Counted from the whole stretch's first letter, positions 37,239-50,777 are shown. The stretch: DNA of 63,687 nt, filler included, from Octopus bimaculoides (GCF_001194135.2; 9 parts of 8 records of this genome joined end to end with filler, not necessarily neighbours in it), one strand, 5' to 3'. Numbers and translations: made by a program. Notes: a model not told the origin generated them from the letters alone.

Positions 37239-37274
37239 CTTTTACGTTTCGAGCCTACGCTCTTCAACAGAAAG
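37239..37274 (-). ncRNA. Second A6U minimal hammerhead motif, same repeat family
   Basis: Minus strand: CUUU-CUGUUGA-A-GAGC(GUAG)GCUC-GAAA-C-GUA-AAAG. Confidence 0.72.
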
Positions 37275-37327
37275 GAACATGCATGAGGAAATAAACAGAG
37301 AGAGAATAAAAAAACTTGGAGTTAGCG

Positions 37328-37436
<109 letters not shown>

Positions 37437-40400
37437 TGCGTGCGTGCGTGTGTGCGTGAGCGCGCGTGCGTGTGTGTATATATACATATATATATATATA
37501 TAACACCCGAGTTGTTATAGTTTTCAGGGCGAAAACTTTAAAGTGAACAATAGATCTCAAATATATTCAGTAAAATGTATAGATTCTGCTTTATACGATT
37601 TTTATTGATTTATCGATAGAATTACTAAGAATAATAGACCAGTGATAGTATTCAGTCAGCCTGAAGATATACAAAACGCAGATGAAAGATGCGATAGGTT
37701 TATGTGAGGCACATTGGCAAGGAAGACATTTTGAGAAATCTACGTAAGCTTTGGGAATCTGATGAGGTAAAAGTATCCTATGTTATTCCATACTGCTTTG
37801 TCTAATGTGATAAATTGCAATTTGCTGCATAAAAGCATTTCAATTTGAGAATCTAAAATGATCTACTTTTAAACTTGCAGCAAACCACCCAAATGATAAT
37901 GCCTCCCTACCGAAAGCTGTGAAAAAAAAGTGAGAGAAAGAAAAAGAAATTAAAGGTTGTTACGCAAGATAGTATTACATATGAAATAACGTAATTCAAA
38001 ACATCTTACTTCATTAACCGATGCACTCTCAAGCATCTTCGTAATCTTAGTAAAGACTGACTTAACTGCCGCTTAGCGGAAACTGTTAAAGATTTAAATG
38101 CAGAAGCTGTGAAGAATGTAGTGGTCATGATTGTGATAGCGCTGTTTTGTTATTTCTGCTGCTAATAACAATAATAAAAATACGCTATTTATATAGGGAT
38201 ATGTATTACATATGTAATGTAACACAGTCGAGTGGAACTCATTACTCGTCAATCTATCCTCACAATTTGATGCTGAAACCAGTAGAACAGATTTCTGAAA
38301 CACTCCTTAATTATAAAGGTGTCACGTGCCTTTTTCTGTATTTAAATGATTGACCAAGTTAAAAGTTTTGGTTAAAAGTATCGGCGCCAACAATGTCATA
38401 TGAACTGTAGCTCTTTGGCAAGTAGAGCGGTATCTTAACGACTTGGATATTTATGACTCAAATATATCGCCGAGAGCAAATGACTCGGGGAAACGTTCAG
38501 CGTTGTAAATGCAAATAAAGTAGGGAGCCACATATGTAATATAGTGAAACTTCAATTAACTGTGATTATCCAGACAATTGCTAGACAAATGTTCCCTCTA
38601 TGGATGCTTAAAATCTAGAAGCAGCAGTCAAGCGAGATAACTCTAATATGATCAGTTGGTCGAAAATTTGGAACAATCTAAACAACGCGGATTTGAGTGG
38701 CTCTGATCTTTAAAGTCAATTTGTGCAAATAACAAGCTGACATTAAGGATCAACTTGTTACTTGCACAAGTTGGCTTATAAGACTTGACGCTCGGTTGGT
38801 AAAACTAAGAGTGACCTATAAATGTGTATGTGCGTGAGTGAGCGTATAAGTATGTATGTATGTATGTATGTATGTATGTATGTATATATGTATGTATGTA
38901 TGTATGTATGTGTGTGTGTGTGTATGTATGTGTGTGTGTATGTATGTCATTATTCAGTTTATTTCAAAATTTCTTACCAATAGAGAAGGAACCGGTTTCT
39001 AATCTAGATCCAAGGTTCCTGCATTGGAATTTCAACATCAACAACAGGGTATTTTGGTTTGTATGTATATATATGTATGTATTCTCATGAATAGAGTTAC
39101 ATATCTATACATTTATGTATGTATGTACGTATGTATGTACACACATATATACATACGCACGCACGCACATACACATGAACATACACTTATTAATCACTCT
39201 TACTATGCCAGATGTGCAGAATATCTACACACCTGATTAAAGAGGTCTAATAAGATTAAAGCATGTCCATTGCTTTCGCCACATGGCTTTAAAGACTAGG
39301 TCCATCCTAATCTCCATAATTTACATATTCCAAAAATATCGATCAACAAACTTTATTGGAGATATCTTCCCTTATTTGTTGTTTTCATATTTTAACACAC
39401 CCTGAAAGAGTTTTTGTCTCTTAATTGCTTGGATGACCTCGGTTGATCGACGATTTTTAACATGCTATATTACATTTTCCTCTCATATTGGTAAGAAAAC
39501 CAACTTTATTTTTGACGGATGGTGAATCTGCTTCAAAACTATAAATGCACGTTTATAGTCTTAATGACATTCAAAAACAGATTTGTGGGGGAATTTTATA
39601 TTTTAATCTATCTCTGTAAGAACTGTAAGGTAACAAACATATTCTTGCCGTTTCCTCTATAAAAAGTAAACGAATTATCATTAATTAATTATTTCAGTGA
39701 GTACTCAGTAGTTCGAACCAGTGAATTTCCTGCCCATTGAATTCGCGAATGGCTGGGTATTCACGAAACAATCCATACGACGCGCTTCTAAAGTCTCAGT
39801 CTTCCAATTTCCCTCACAACGCTTGACTGAAGCGATGGTAAAAGACATGTGACCATGATCCGACGCTGTGGGATCAAATTTGGGAATTTGTGATTAGAAA
39901 GCAAACTTCTCATCCTTGTTTCCTCCAGAAGTAAATATTATGCAGAGTATTGTGAATAATCGTTTCTTTTATAAATATTATTATGATTGGTGTACTCAAT
40001 AACCACTAATTATCTCTTGCCTTGTTTGTTCTTAACGCTGCTTTGCTTTGGCGCATTTTGTGTAACGCAAGACACATAGCAGGTAAGTTAATGGCTGTTA
40101 GAAATTGTTTGCTTTTAGAAACTATCCAAGTAAATAAATATGCTGAAATGAGTGAAGTAATTCGACTTGAAGTTGATAAGCAGAATATGAGAAGGGTACT
40201 TGAACATTTAATCCATTGCTTAGGCATCTAACAAGATTCACTCGTTGCTTCTAAACATATGATATCCTAAGATGCAAACCTCATACAGATAACTACAATT
40301 TCTAAAACTTACAAGAAGTCATGTTGACGTTCTTACTCAGGACTCCTGAACGAAATGGCTTGAAATCAGAAACAGAATATTTCCTACCGCCACAACTTAC

Positions 40401-41475
40401 TACTCTCTTGTCATTCGCAGACTCCTATGGGCAATTCTTATTGATAGTAAAATATCGTCTCTAAAGAGTTTGATCTCCAGAGAAGATGACAGTTTAAAAC
40501 ACAAACCAATGAGAGAACCTGCCATCAAATATCGGGAAACTTTTGGAAGTGAAAACCATTTTTAACCGCGCTTACCAAAAGTATGACTATCGGACCATCA
40601 TCATTTGTTATAAACAAAACTACACACAAAACAACATGGATTTAGCTAATTTTTTTTTTAGTCAATATGATTGCTATTTTGCTGTTAATAGACAATTCCA
40701 GATAACTTTGAATGATATTTTTATTAAATTCATTTGCAAAGAAAAATTTCGTCATACGATTATATTGAAACAAAATTTGGTATTAATACCTAATACCAAT
40801 TTTGTTGTTTTATAATTATCTGGACTTTAATTCTAAGTATCAAATATCAATTTGTCTAGCTTTGGAATCGTTCGGGTGATTGATTCATTTGAATTCTTTT
40901 CGTATTTTCCTTAAATTATAATACCCACAAATCCTTGTCAGTTATCGGCTATTTCCATTTCAAGACCAATCTGATAAAAGTTTACTAATACAGACGGATT
41001 TATTTCTGATATTTCACTGTCAAAAATGGTGCTGCGGGGAACACTTAAGGTGCTTTCTTCTTTTCGAAAATTTTTAAAAACCTTTTACTGAATTGATTTC
41101 GCATGCTTTTAATGGCTTGTCGTTAATAACTTCTATTGATATTTCTCTTTCATTAAAGAAAAAATTACGTGTTTTTAGTATCATTCTGAAACTCTGTCAA
41201 TTTGCACTCAAAAATGAAAAGCTCCTAACTATTAAAGAGAAGTTTCTCTTTTCCCTGTGAAGATTTTTACAAGGCAAGTTTAAGTAACTTATAACGTCCA
41301 CAATGAAATACAACGTTTCCGGCGAATTAGAATCTTCTACTACTTCAAGATAGATATTGTCATTACCATTAAGCGTTTATAAGGATTGTTTTGTGAATGT
41401 TGTTGCAAGCTGTAGATCTTTTCAGAAAAAAATGCTTCCAAGAGGTTGAAGAGCACCCGTTATTTTTAACAAAGC

Positions 41476-41524
<49 letters not shown>

Positions 41525-42225
41525 ATAATATTTGTCGCCATTTCAACATGGTTATTCCGTATGAACGGCATTACAGCAATTTTTTAACCCCAAAAGGACA
41601 TTTCTTTTAACTGATTAACAATGCAACCTGTATCCGATACATTGCGAGCAAGGGAGCGAACTCTACCACCTTCTTGCAACAAGACCAGCAGATCTGATTT
41701 CGGGCTATATCTGCCCTTTCTCAGTACAGGACACCTTGTCTGTTAGAGATGATAGTAACTCGCTTCTGTTTGCAATATATATAAATTCAAACGACATTCA
41801 ATCGCTGATCTTGCAACAAGCAAAGCAGCTCGTTCTAAAATCTCTGTAAGAGAGGAACGCAGTAACTGTGCTGGCATGTATGTTAGTCACAACTTCAACA
41901 TGGCTGTTCCGTATGAACGGACGTAACTGCGATTTTTTAACACCAAGTGGACATTTCCTCAAGCTGGTTAAGAATGCGACCTGCATCTAATATATTGTGA
42001 GTAGGGGAGTGAACCCCTGCCACCTTCTAGCGACTGGACCAACAGGCCAGCTTAATTTCAGACTATTTCGGGTGTAGGTTGCATTGTTAACTAGCGAAAG
42101 GAAATGTTCTCTTGCGGTCAAAATATCGCAGTCGTGTCCGTTCATACGGAACAGCCATGTTAAAGTGGCAACAAACATTACTTGTCAGTCCAGTTACTGC
42201 GTTAATCTCTTATAGAGATATATAC

Positions 42226-42463
42226 ACGGGGTAGATCAAAAGTCACCAAAGGAAGTAAATCAAAACCACTTAATTCTAAGATTAAAACAAAAAATTATTT
42301 TATGTGAGACTTCGGTAATAAATATACAAATGTTGAAAATAAAACGGTGATTTTTAACTCACTTGAATTATTAAACATTCATAACTGGAATGAATAAATA
42401 AAACTGAATATTAAATATTTGTGGAATTTTGATTTACTGTCGGGTAACTTTTGGCCAAACTGT
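42226..42463. mobile_element. Probable Tc1-like MITE
   Basis: TA-flanked imperfect TIRs: CAAAAGTCACC...AGTAAATCAAAA on the left and the reverse complement of CAAAAGTTACC...AGTAAATCAAAA on the right. Confidence 0.5.
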
Positions 42464-42477
42464 ATATATACACATAC

Positions 42478-42518
<41 letters not shown>

Positions 42519-43609
42519 AACATACATATATACACACATAGATAGGCACATAGCCAGACACATAATACATACATATATATAATTTGCATGTATTTATGTA
42601 TATATGCATACATAAGTGAGTGGAAAAACAAAAGAAGGGCACTCAATACATTTGCTGGGAGTTACATGTATAGATCAGAACAGTTTGATTNNNNNNNNNN
42701 NNNNNNNNNNNNNNNNNNNNNNNNNNNNNNNNNNNNNNNNNNNNNNNNNNNNNNNNNNNNNNNNNNNNNNNNNNNNNNNNNNNNNNNNNNNNNNNNNNNN
42801 NNNNNNNNNNNNNNNNNNNNNNNNNNNNNNNNNNNNNNNNNNNNNNNNNNNNNNNNNNNNNNNNNNNNNNNNNNNNNNNNNNNNNNNNNNNNNNNNNNNN
42901 NNNNNNNNNNNNNNNNNNNNNNNNNNNNNNNNNNNNNNNNNNNNNNNNNNNNNNNNNNNNNNNNNNNNNNNNNNNNNNNNNNNNNNNNNNNNNNNNNNNN
43001 NNNNNNNNNNNNNNNNNNNNNNNNNNNNNNNNNNNNNNNNNNNNNNNNNNNNNNNNNNNNNNNNNNNNNNNNNNNNNNNNNNNNNNNNNNNNNNNNNNNN
43101 NNNNNNNNNNNNNNNNNNNNNNNNNNNNNNNNNNNNNNNNNNNNNNNNNNNNNNNNNNNNNNNNNNNNNNNNNNNNNNNNNNNNNNNNNNNNNNNNNNNN
43201 NNNNNNNNNNNNNNNNNNNNNNNNNNNNNNNNNNNNNNNNNNNNNNNNNNNNNNNNNNNNNNNNNNNNNNNNNNNNNNNNNNNNNNNNNNNNNNNNNNNN
43301 NNNNNNNNNNNNNNNNNNNNNNNNNNNNNNNNNNNNNNNNNNNNNNNNNNNNNNNNNNNNNNNNNNNNNNNNNNNNNNNNNNNNNNNNNNNNNNNNNNNN
43401 NNNNNNNNNNNNNNNNNNNNNNNNNNNNNNNNNNNNNNNNNNNNNNNNNNNNNNNNNNNNNNNNNNNNNNNNNNNNNNNNNNNNNNNNNNNNNNNNNNNN
43501 NNNNNNNNNNNNNNNNNNNNNNNNNNNNNNNNNNNNNNNNNNNNNNNNNNNNNNNNNNNNNNNNNNNNNNNNNNNNNNNNNNNNNNNNTATATATATATA
43601 TATATATAT

Positions 43610-43780
43610 TTATTTCAAATTTTTGCCACAAGGGCAGCTTGAGGGAGGGGATTAAGTCGATTACATCGACCCCAGTGCATATTTAATCGACTCCGAAAGG
43701 ATGAAAGGCAAAGTCGGCCTCGGCGGAATTTGAAATCAGAACGTAACGGCGGGCAAAATACCGGTAAACATTTCGCCTGG
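43610..43780 (-). mobile_element. SINE family A copy
   Basis: AAGGATGAAAGGCAAAGTCGGCCTCGGCGGAATTTGAA core. Confidence 0.8.
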
Positions 43781-43829
43781 TGATATATATATATATAGAT
43801 ATATGTATATTAGCTACAATGAGGATATT

Positions 43830-46800
43830 CAAACTTCTAGGAGTAATTATCCAAGACACACTGGTTTAATGTATCAAATTTTGAAAAGATAATTCTTCAA
43901 TGAATATATTATATAGAATATCGTAATATATCAAACATTTTTATTGGGTTAGAAACAAAGTGATCTAATGGATACAAATTAATTTATTAATTAATCAGCA
44001 AGTCGTATTTAGGAGAAAATAGGAAGAATTGGAAAAGAAGACAAACGATCAGGTTGTTATTAAAACACTTATATCTTCATAACTTCTACATATGTTTCGA
44101 TGGATGCATTCAAAATATGTCCGACAGGAAGAATTATGGTCAGCTATATATCAATCTCATCAGGAAAGATATAAAGAACAACACTCATCAAACAGACATT
44201 CTTACAGACATTATATCTCCTTTTCAATAAGATCTTAAGCTTATATGCATATTATTGAAAGATTATCAAAATAATTATGTTAATGATTATATTTATTACT
44301 AGATATTATATTATAGGATTATATATTTATACATTTAGATATATTTCGTGGATTTATTTGGTGTATTACATCATCAAAATTGATTTCATTGATAGATATA
44401 TTGTATTTTTATCTAAATTAAAATATATAGTGTTATATGGTTAATTAATAGGGATCAGTACTCAATTTTAGTTTTACCATTACTATTAAACTGATTATTA
44501 AGTATTGTATAATCTAACATAACATGGTGTATGTTATTTATGATTATATTATGTCGGGTTTGTAAGTACTGTTATACTAAGTTATACTAATTATACTTAT
44601 TTTATTTTATATCTTCCTAACATTTATATTTAAATTTAAATTTATTATATTATTTGGTTAATTAGTGAATGTCAATGCTCAATATTATTATTACTACTAT
44701 TAAGTATATATTTAAATATTACATAACGTAATGTGGTATATGTAATTTTTATTTATACTTTTATTTATGCTAATATCCTTATATGATTAATATCCATGCT
44801 TGGATTAAAATTAGTTATATTATCCGATAGAAAGTAAAGTTTCATGTTCTCTATTATTATTGAAATGATGCTGTTTATATTTGGTATTCCCAATTATTTG
44901 AATTTATGCTTGATTTTTTAATTAAGCCATAGTTACTATACTATTTCTGTGTCTTTACTGTTAGGTTTAATTTGTTATCTGTTTAATAAATTTATCTAAT
45001 ATTCTAGATTATATCTAGGTTAATTATAACAAATTAGAATAGTTTAATGTTTGGTTACATTTATAGTCTATTTAATAAACTTATTTGATTTTCTAAAATT
45101 ATATTAAGGTTAATCACTACAAATAAAATATGCATTTTCCCCAAGCCAATCAATTTACATTTAGATATTATATGCTTAACTTATTGCTACTTATTTTATA
45201 TCCTATTTATACTCATAATTTTCATTTCTAAAGACATATTCTGAGTAGTGGTAACATGTCTGTACTAACCATTTTCAGTTAATGTTAATCGCCCAATTAA
45301 TTAAATTTTCTAAAGACATGTTTTGAGTAGTGACAACAAGCTAAAATATTTTCTCTTCGAGAATTCAATAATTTGTGCTTAGGTTTTATTATTTTAAAAA
45401 TTTCTTCGGTGCATAAGTGGGATTCTCCATGTGGAATATGATAAGCTTGCAACTTCCCATTTAATCATATAATCTTTACCATTATCCTTTAACATCCATA
45501 TAAATTTGTGAGACTAGTATTATTAGTTTTATGTCTATTTCTAGAACAACTTTCATGGTTTGCGATTCTTCGTTTAACTTCAGTTTCGGTCGAACCTATG
45601 TAGTGGTATTCCTTCCCTTCAGATTTAACTATGCACGTACATACTAACTTATCTTATTTACAATTAATTTTAAGTTTATAATCTCCTTAAATCCTACAAT
45701 CACAATTCATGTTAACGTTTTTGTTAATAGAGTTGTTTTCATTTTTATTATTTTTATTATTAGAGTTAGGAAGGGAATTAATATTGGCTATATGTTTTCT
45801 ATTATTGTAATTTACTCTACCACCATTTTCTTTAAGGTTACGGTTGTTTTTTATATCCAGTCATCTATTACTAATTGAAGATATAGCTGCAAAAAGATTC
45901 TTTGATAGAGAATGACCAACTCTTATAGATTTAGAATTAATGATTTCACTATACTTATAATCTTTATTTAAATGTTTCTATATTGATCGGTAAATGGATT
46001 TGACTATGCTATTTATAATTTAACTTACAAAGTGGATGATGAACCACAAAGTGTTTGCTTTATTAGAATACTCATAGTTCACATTATTCTTCTCAGAATT
46101 TATGCAAGAAGTATATCTTACTTTACTATTTATATTATGTCTATTATTATAAAAATTTTCGAGTTTATCCTTATCAATACTATTAATTTCCATTTTACTG
46201 GATTTTTTATTTTTGCCTTTCTTATTAGCATATTTAGTATCAGGTTTCATGAGTTTATAATTAGTTTTGGTATTTATTTCTACACTTATGCTATTATTTT
46301 TCCTGTTTTTAGAACCTTGGCCATTAATTCTGGGGTTTATTGTCCTATCTATACTTCATATATTTTATTGTCATTTGTAGCTTATTTTTTCTATTATGTA
46401 TTATATTTGAGTTATCTATAATTTTGTTTTCCTTATTTATATTAAGTATGCATTTCCTAGGTCTATGATATTTTATTTTGTGCTTGTATCCTGTTTTGTT
46501 TTAAGTGCATCATTATAGGAGTTAGCATTTTTGTAAAAGATTTCTTCATTATATGAAAGATAAGTAAGTCTCTTTTCTATGTTTTTAATTCATGTGTTTT
46601 TTATTGATTTTGGGTGATTACTCAGATTATTAATACTTTAGATTTGTTTTGGGCTTATATGGTATGGTTCATATTTACCAGTCACAAGATTAAAGTTAAT
46701 ATCTAAAAAATTAACCGAGTTATTTTCTTTTTCAGTAGAGATTGAGAGACCTTAATTTTTTAAAAGCTTATGTAATTTTTCCTTATACAGTTCCAATTTT

Positions 46801-46905
46801 CTATTTGATAGATTTTAAACTAGAAACAGCACATCATCTCTATATAGTCCGCCCGTTATTTCAAGGAAATTAATTTGTATCCATTAGATCTCTCTTTTTT
46901 CTAAC
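43830..46905 (-). mobile_element. Degenerate AT-rich Penelope-like retroelement (RT C-terminus, GIY-YIG, 3' region with hammerhead)
   Basis: Minus strand: GGLYRDDVLF near 46840, FLDINFNLVTGKYEPY, SNHPKSI, then YHYIGSTETEVKRRIANH near 45560-45620. Many stops and frameshifts; boundaries approximate. Confidence 0.8.
44083..44167 (-). ncRNA. Type I hammerhead motif downstream of the Penelope-like ORF, on the same strand
   Basis: Minus strand: UUUC-CUGAUGA-GAU...AUC-GAAA-CAUAUGUA-GAAG. ACAUAUGU is a palindrome. Confidence 0.7.
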
Positions 46906-47564
46906 CATATATATATATATAATGTAGAAAGGGAAAAACCCAAGATGCATCCTCTTGAAGCACATCTGTTTATTCCAGTATTATAATTCGACAAGCATTT
47001 GTTGTTGTAGTTGCATTGGTGTAAAGTACATATTAGAGTTGGAAATTCTGGAAATTTTGTTTGCAGAGTTTTATATAATAAAACAGGAACTTGGAAAATT
47101 TTTTGGAATTATTTATTCACCATTACACATGTCTCATCTGCTAATAGGAATCACAAAGTTGTGCATGTTGGATAAACATGTAAGAAATTTCCTATTAGAA
47201 AATTTTCAGCCAGCAGAGAATCAAACAAATTCTCTGTCTGAAAACTTTCTGATAGGAAATGTCTTACATATTATCCAATATGTACAACTTTGTGATTCCT
47301 ATTACCAAATGAAACATGTGTAATGATGAATTACATATATATGTATGTATATATATATNNNNNNNNNNNNNNNNNNNNNNNNNNNNNNNNNNNNNNNNNN
47401 NNTTAATTAATTAANNNNNNNNNNNNNNNNNNNNNNNNNNNNNNNNNNNNNNNNNNNNTGCTGTTTTCTTCATATTCAGGACCAGGGAAATTAACAGATG
47501 TTATTGGCAGAAATGTGACACTAGCAAATCAAAAGACAGATAATAATAGTAATATCAGTAATTT

Positions 47565-49275
47565 CTCGGCGAGCTGACAGAATCGTTAGGAAGCCGAGCA
47601 AAATGATAAGCAGTATTTCGTCTGTCTTTATGTTCTGAGTACAAATGCCGCCGGCGTCGACTTTGCCTTTCATCTTTTCAGGATCGTTGAAATAAGTACC
47701 AGTTTCGCACTGGGGTCAATGTAATCGACTAGGTCCCTCCCTCAAAATTTCAGTATGTGGGCCTTTAGTAGAAAGGATTATTATTATAATTAAGGTGGCT
47801 TAGGGGCATATCGTCCGCATACATGTTCTGAGTTCAAGTTCCACTGAGATTGACTTTGCCTTTCATCCTCTCGGGGTCGATGAAATAAGTACCAGTTGAG
47901 TCTTGAGGTCAATGTAAATGATTAGCTCCCTCTCCCAAAATTTCGGGCCTCGTACCTCCAGTAGGAAAGGCAGTGATTATTAACACACCTATGAGTATCT
48001 AAAGATGTATGTATATGTGTGTGTGTATACGCACGCGCATATTTATGCACACAAAAACAAAGCAACACGCGTGCATACATGTATACGTATATGAAGGAAT
48101 AGTGACTTCTTGTTGAAAATACAGTCTCCAACTGTGACGAGCGCGTCTTATTCAGAAAGAATATGTCTACAGAATATACATTTGCATCCTTCTTTTGAAA
48201 TGGTAGGGCGTGATTTGAGTGGGGTTTGTTTGCTGCCTGCTTAGCTGCACGAGACGTTTATGTATTATTGTAACCTGGCGAGCTGGCAGAATCGTTGGCG
48301 TGCCAGACAAAATAGAGCCATTTCGCCCATCTTAACGTTCTGAGTTCAAATTCCTCTGAGGTCCACTATGCCTTTCATCCTTTTGATGTCGATGATGTAA
48401 GTACCAGTTGAGTACTGGGATCGATGTAACCCACTTGCCCTCTCCATTTAATTTCAGGGTTGTTGTTGTTGATAGAATCGTCAGCGCGCTGGGCGAAATG
48501 CATAACAGTATTTCGCCCGTCGCTACGATCTGAGTTCAAATTCCGCCGAGATCGACTTTGCCTTTCATCGTTTCGGGGTCGATAAATTAAGTGGGGTTGA
48601 TATAATCGACTAGTTCCCACCCAACTAATTTGAGGCCTTGTGCCTCCAGCAGAGAGGATTATTATTATCGTCCATGAAAAACCAACGTTAAAGATGATGA
48701 CGATGATGTACTTGGGTCGATTTAATTGACAAATCCCCCCTCTCCAAATTTCAGACACTGTGCCTATATTAGAAGCAAATTATTTATTATTCGGATAATA
48801 TTATTATTGTCGAGGGCGCATGGCCTAGTGATTAGAGTGTTGCACTCACGATCGCGACATTGTGGTTTCAATTCCTAGACCGGGTGGTTGTGTTCTTGAG
48901 CAAAATACTTCACCTCAAGTTGCTCTGCGATCACTTCGACACCTGACACGTGACACAACGTGCTCCTGTTCAGGCAACGTCGATTTGATGGAGTGAGTGA
49001 GCTAACAAACAAGGCCAGAACTTCGTGGGGGCAAGATTTATCGGTTAAACCGACTTGACTGATACTTTATTTGATCGACTTCAGAAGAATGAAAAGCAAA
49101 GTTGACCTTGGCAGTATGTGGACTCATATCGAAGAGGTTGAACAAATACCGCACGGTATTTTCTCCAACACGTAGCGATTGTGCCAAACCACTGTCCGAG
49201 TAATAATTGCATCTAATATAGGCACACGATCTGAAATTTGGGTAGACGGGAGTTGTCGATTAAATCAACACAAGC
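47565..49275. mobile_element. Stack of SINE family A copies (mostly + to 48770, - afterwards) plus one tRNA-headed SINE at 48810-49000
   Basis: Core motifs recur near 47660, 47850, 48360, 48550 and 49090. Confidence 0.8.
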
Positions 49276-49276
49276 A

Positions 49277-49343
<67 letters not shown>

Positions 49344-49663
49344 GTTCAGTAGTTTTATTTTTATAACGTGCTTTCACTTCACTACCGAGCGCAGCTCTGT
49401 GTGCCTTGGGTATGTGCTGTGGTTTTCTGTGATGCTCTTATGGTTACTGTATTGAAAGTGTTTTGCATAGGATGTGTGCAGTGCCCAGTAGTGCAAGTTT
49501 CTGTATGTTATATATATTTGTAAGTCCTGGTGTTTTTGTTATGTATTTGTCTGAATATTTTTTTTATTATACCTATTATGATAGGAATTGTTTCTGTTTT
49601 TTGATTCCCCATTCGAGTTACCTCTATTTCCAGGTCTTTGTATTTTGAAAGTTTTTCCATTTC

Positions 49664-49668
<5 letters not shown>
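49344..49668 (-). mobile_element. 5'-truncated R4/Dong-like copy embedded in (TTA)n
   Basis: Closely similar to the 60660-60980 segment (EMEKLSKYKDLEIEVTR...). (ATT)n arrays lie on both sides (49278-49343 and 49666-49731). Confidence 0.85.
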
Positions 49669-49730
<62 letters not shown>

Positions 49731-50320
49731 TAATGTCTGTTTTCCATACTGACATGAGCTGGGTGGTTTGACTGGAGCTGGTAAGGCCAGGTGCAGCACT
49801 AGATTCTTTCGTCTGTTCTGTCGTGGTTTTTACAGTTGGAAGGCTTTACTAACTCCAACCACTTTACAAAGTGTATTGGACGCTTCTTACAGGGCACCAG
49901 CACCAGTGCTTTTAATGTAGTATCAGCACGAGTGATGTTTATTTGGCCCTAGCATCAGTGCATTTTAATGTGGAACCAGCACCATGCTTTTAATGTGGCA
50001 CCAGAACCGGTCTCAATTTTGCTGTAACGGACGGGTTTTCTTGAGTACAGCAAGGCACCGACCTCGGAAAGATGACCTTGGTGAGTCATCTTTCTTTATC
50101 TTCTACTTGTTTTTCAGTCATTGCTATACTAGGGAACCGGCTTGAAGAAGAAGAAGAAGAAGAAGAAGAAGAAGAAGAAGAAGAAGAAGAAGAAGAAGAA
50201 GAAGAAGAAGAAGANNNNNNNNNNNNNNNNNNNNNNNNNNNNNNNNNNNNNNNNNNNNTTAATTAATTAANNNNNNNNNNNNNNNNNNNNNNNNNNNNNN
50301 NNNNNNNNNNNNNNACATAC

Positions 50321-50364
<44 letters not shown>

Positions 50365-50524
50365 TGGGCTTCTTTCAGTTTCCATCTACCAAATCCACTC
50401 ACAAGGTTTTGGTTGACCCAAGGCTATAATAGAAGACGCTTGCCCAAGGTGTCACACAGTGGGATTGAATCCAGAACCATGTGCTTGGGAAGCAAGCTTC
50501 TTACAACACACCCATGTCTCCACC

Positions 50525-50560
<36 letters not shown>

Positions 50561-50622
50561 GTATGTATATATGTTGTATTCAAATATTGCACTTTGATCA
50601 GCTTTTCAATTTATATGACCAG

Positions 50623-50777
50623 GTATTCAAGGTTATTCAGTGTACATTGATGAGAATGGAGATGCCAAAGGAAACTACACAGTGCTGAGTTTACAGAAAG
50701 ATGTCTCCAAACCATTCCATATGTTTCTTGACCAAGTGGGAAGTTTCGAGATGACCTCGAAGGAGAGCGGAACACCT
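50623..50777 (+). CDS. Receptor guanylyl cyclase / ANF-receptor-family ectodomain, internal exon (phase 1 to 0)
   Basis: Acceptor ...atgaccag| and donor CCT|gtaatt. Translates (S)IQGYSVYIDENGDAKGNYTVLSLQKDVSKPFHMFLDQVGSFEMTSKESGTP. The GYxxxIDENGDAxGNYTVL motif is typical of invertebrate receptor GC (Gyc32E/Gyc76C-like) ectodomains. Confidence 0.85.

Noticed and set aside
46032-46421. 129-aa very hydrophobic plus-strand ORF resembling a membrane or mitochondrial protein
   Set aside because: It is the antisense of an A-rich Penelope linker region and lacks mitochondrial gene motifs.
47481-47545. Acceptor-like site followed by GPGKLTDVIGRNVTLANQK
   Set aside because: No donor before it runs into a SINE, and no recognisable motif.
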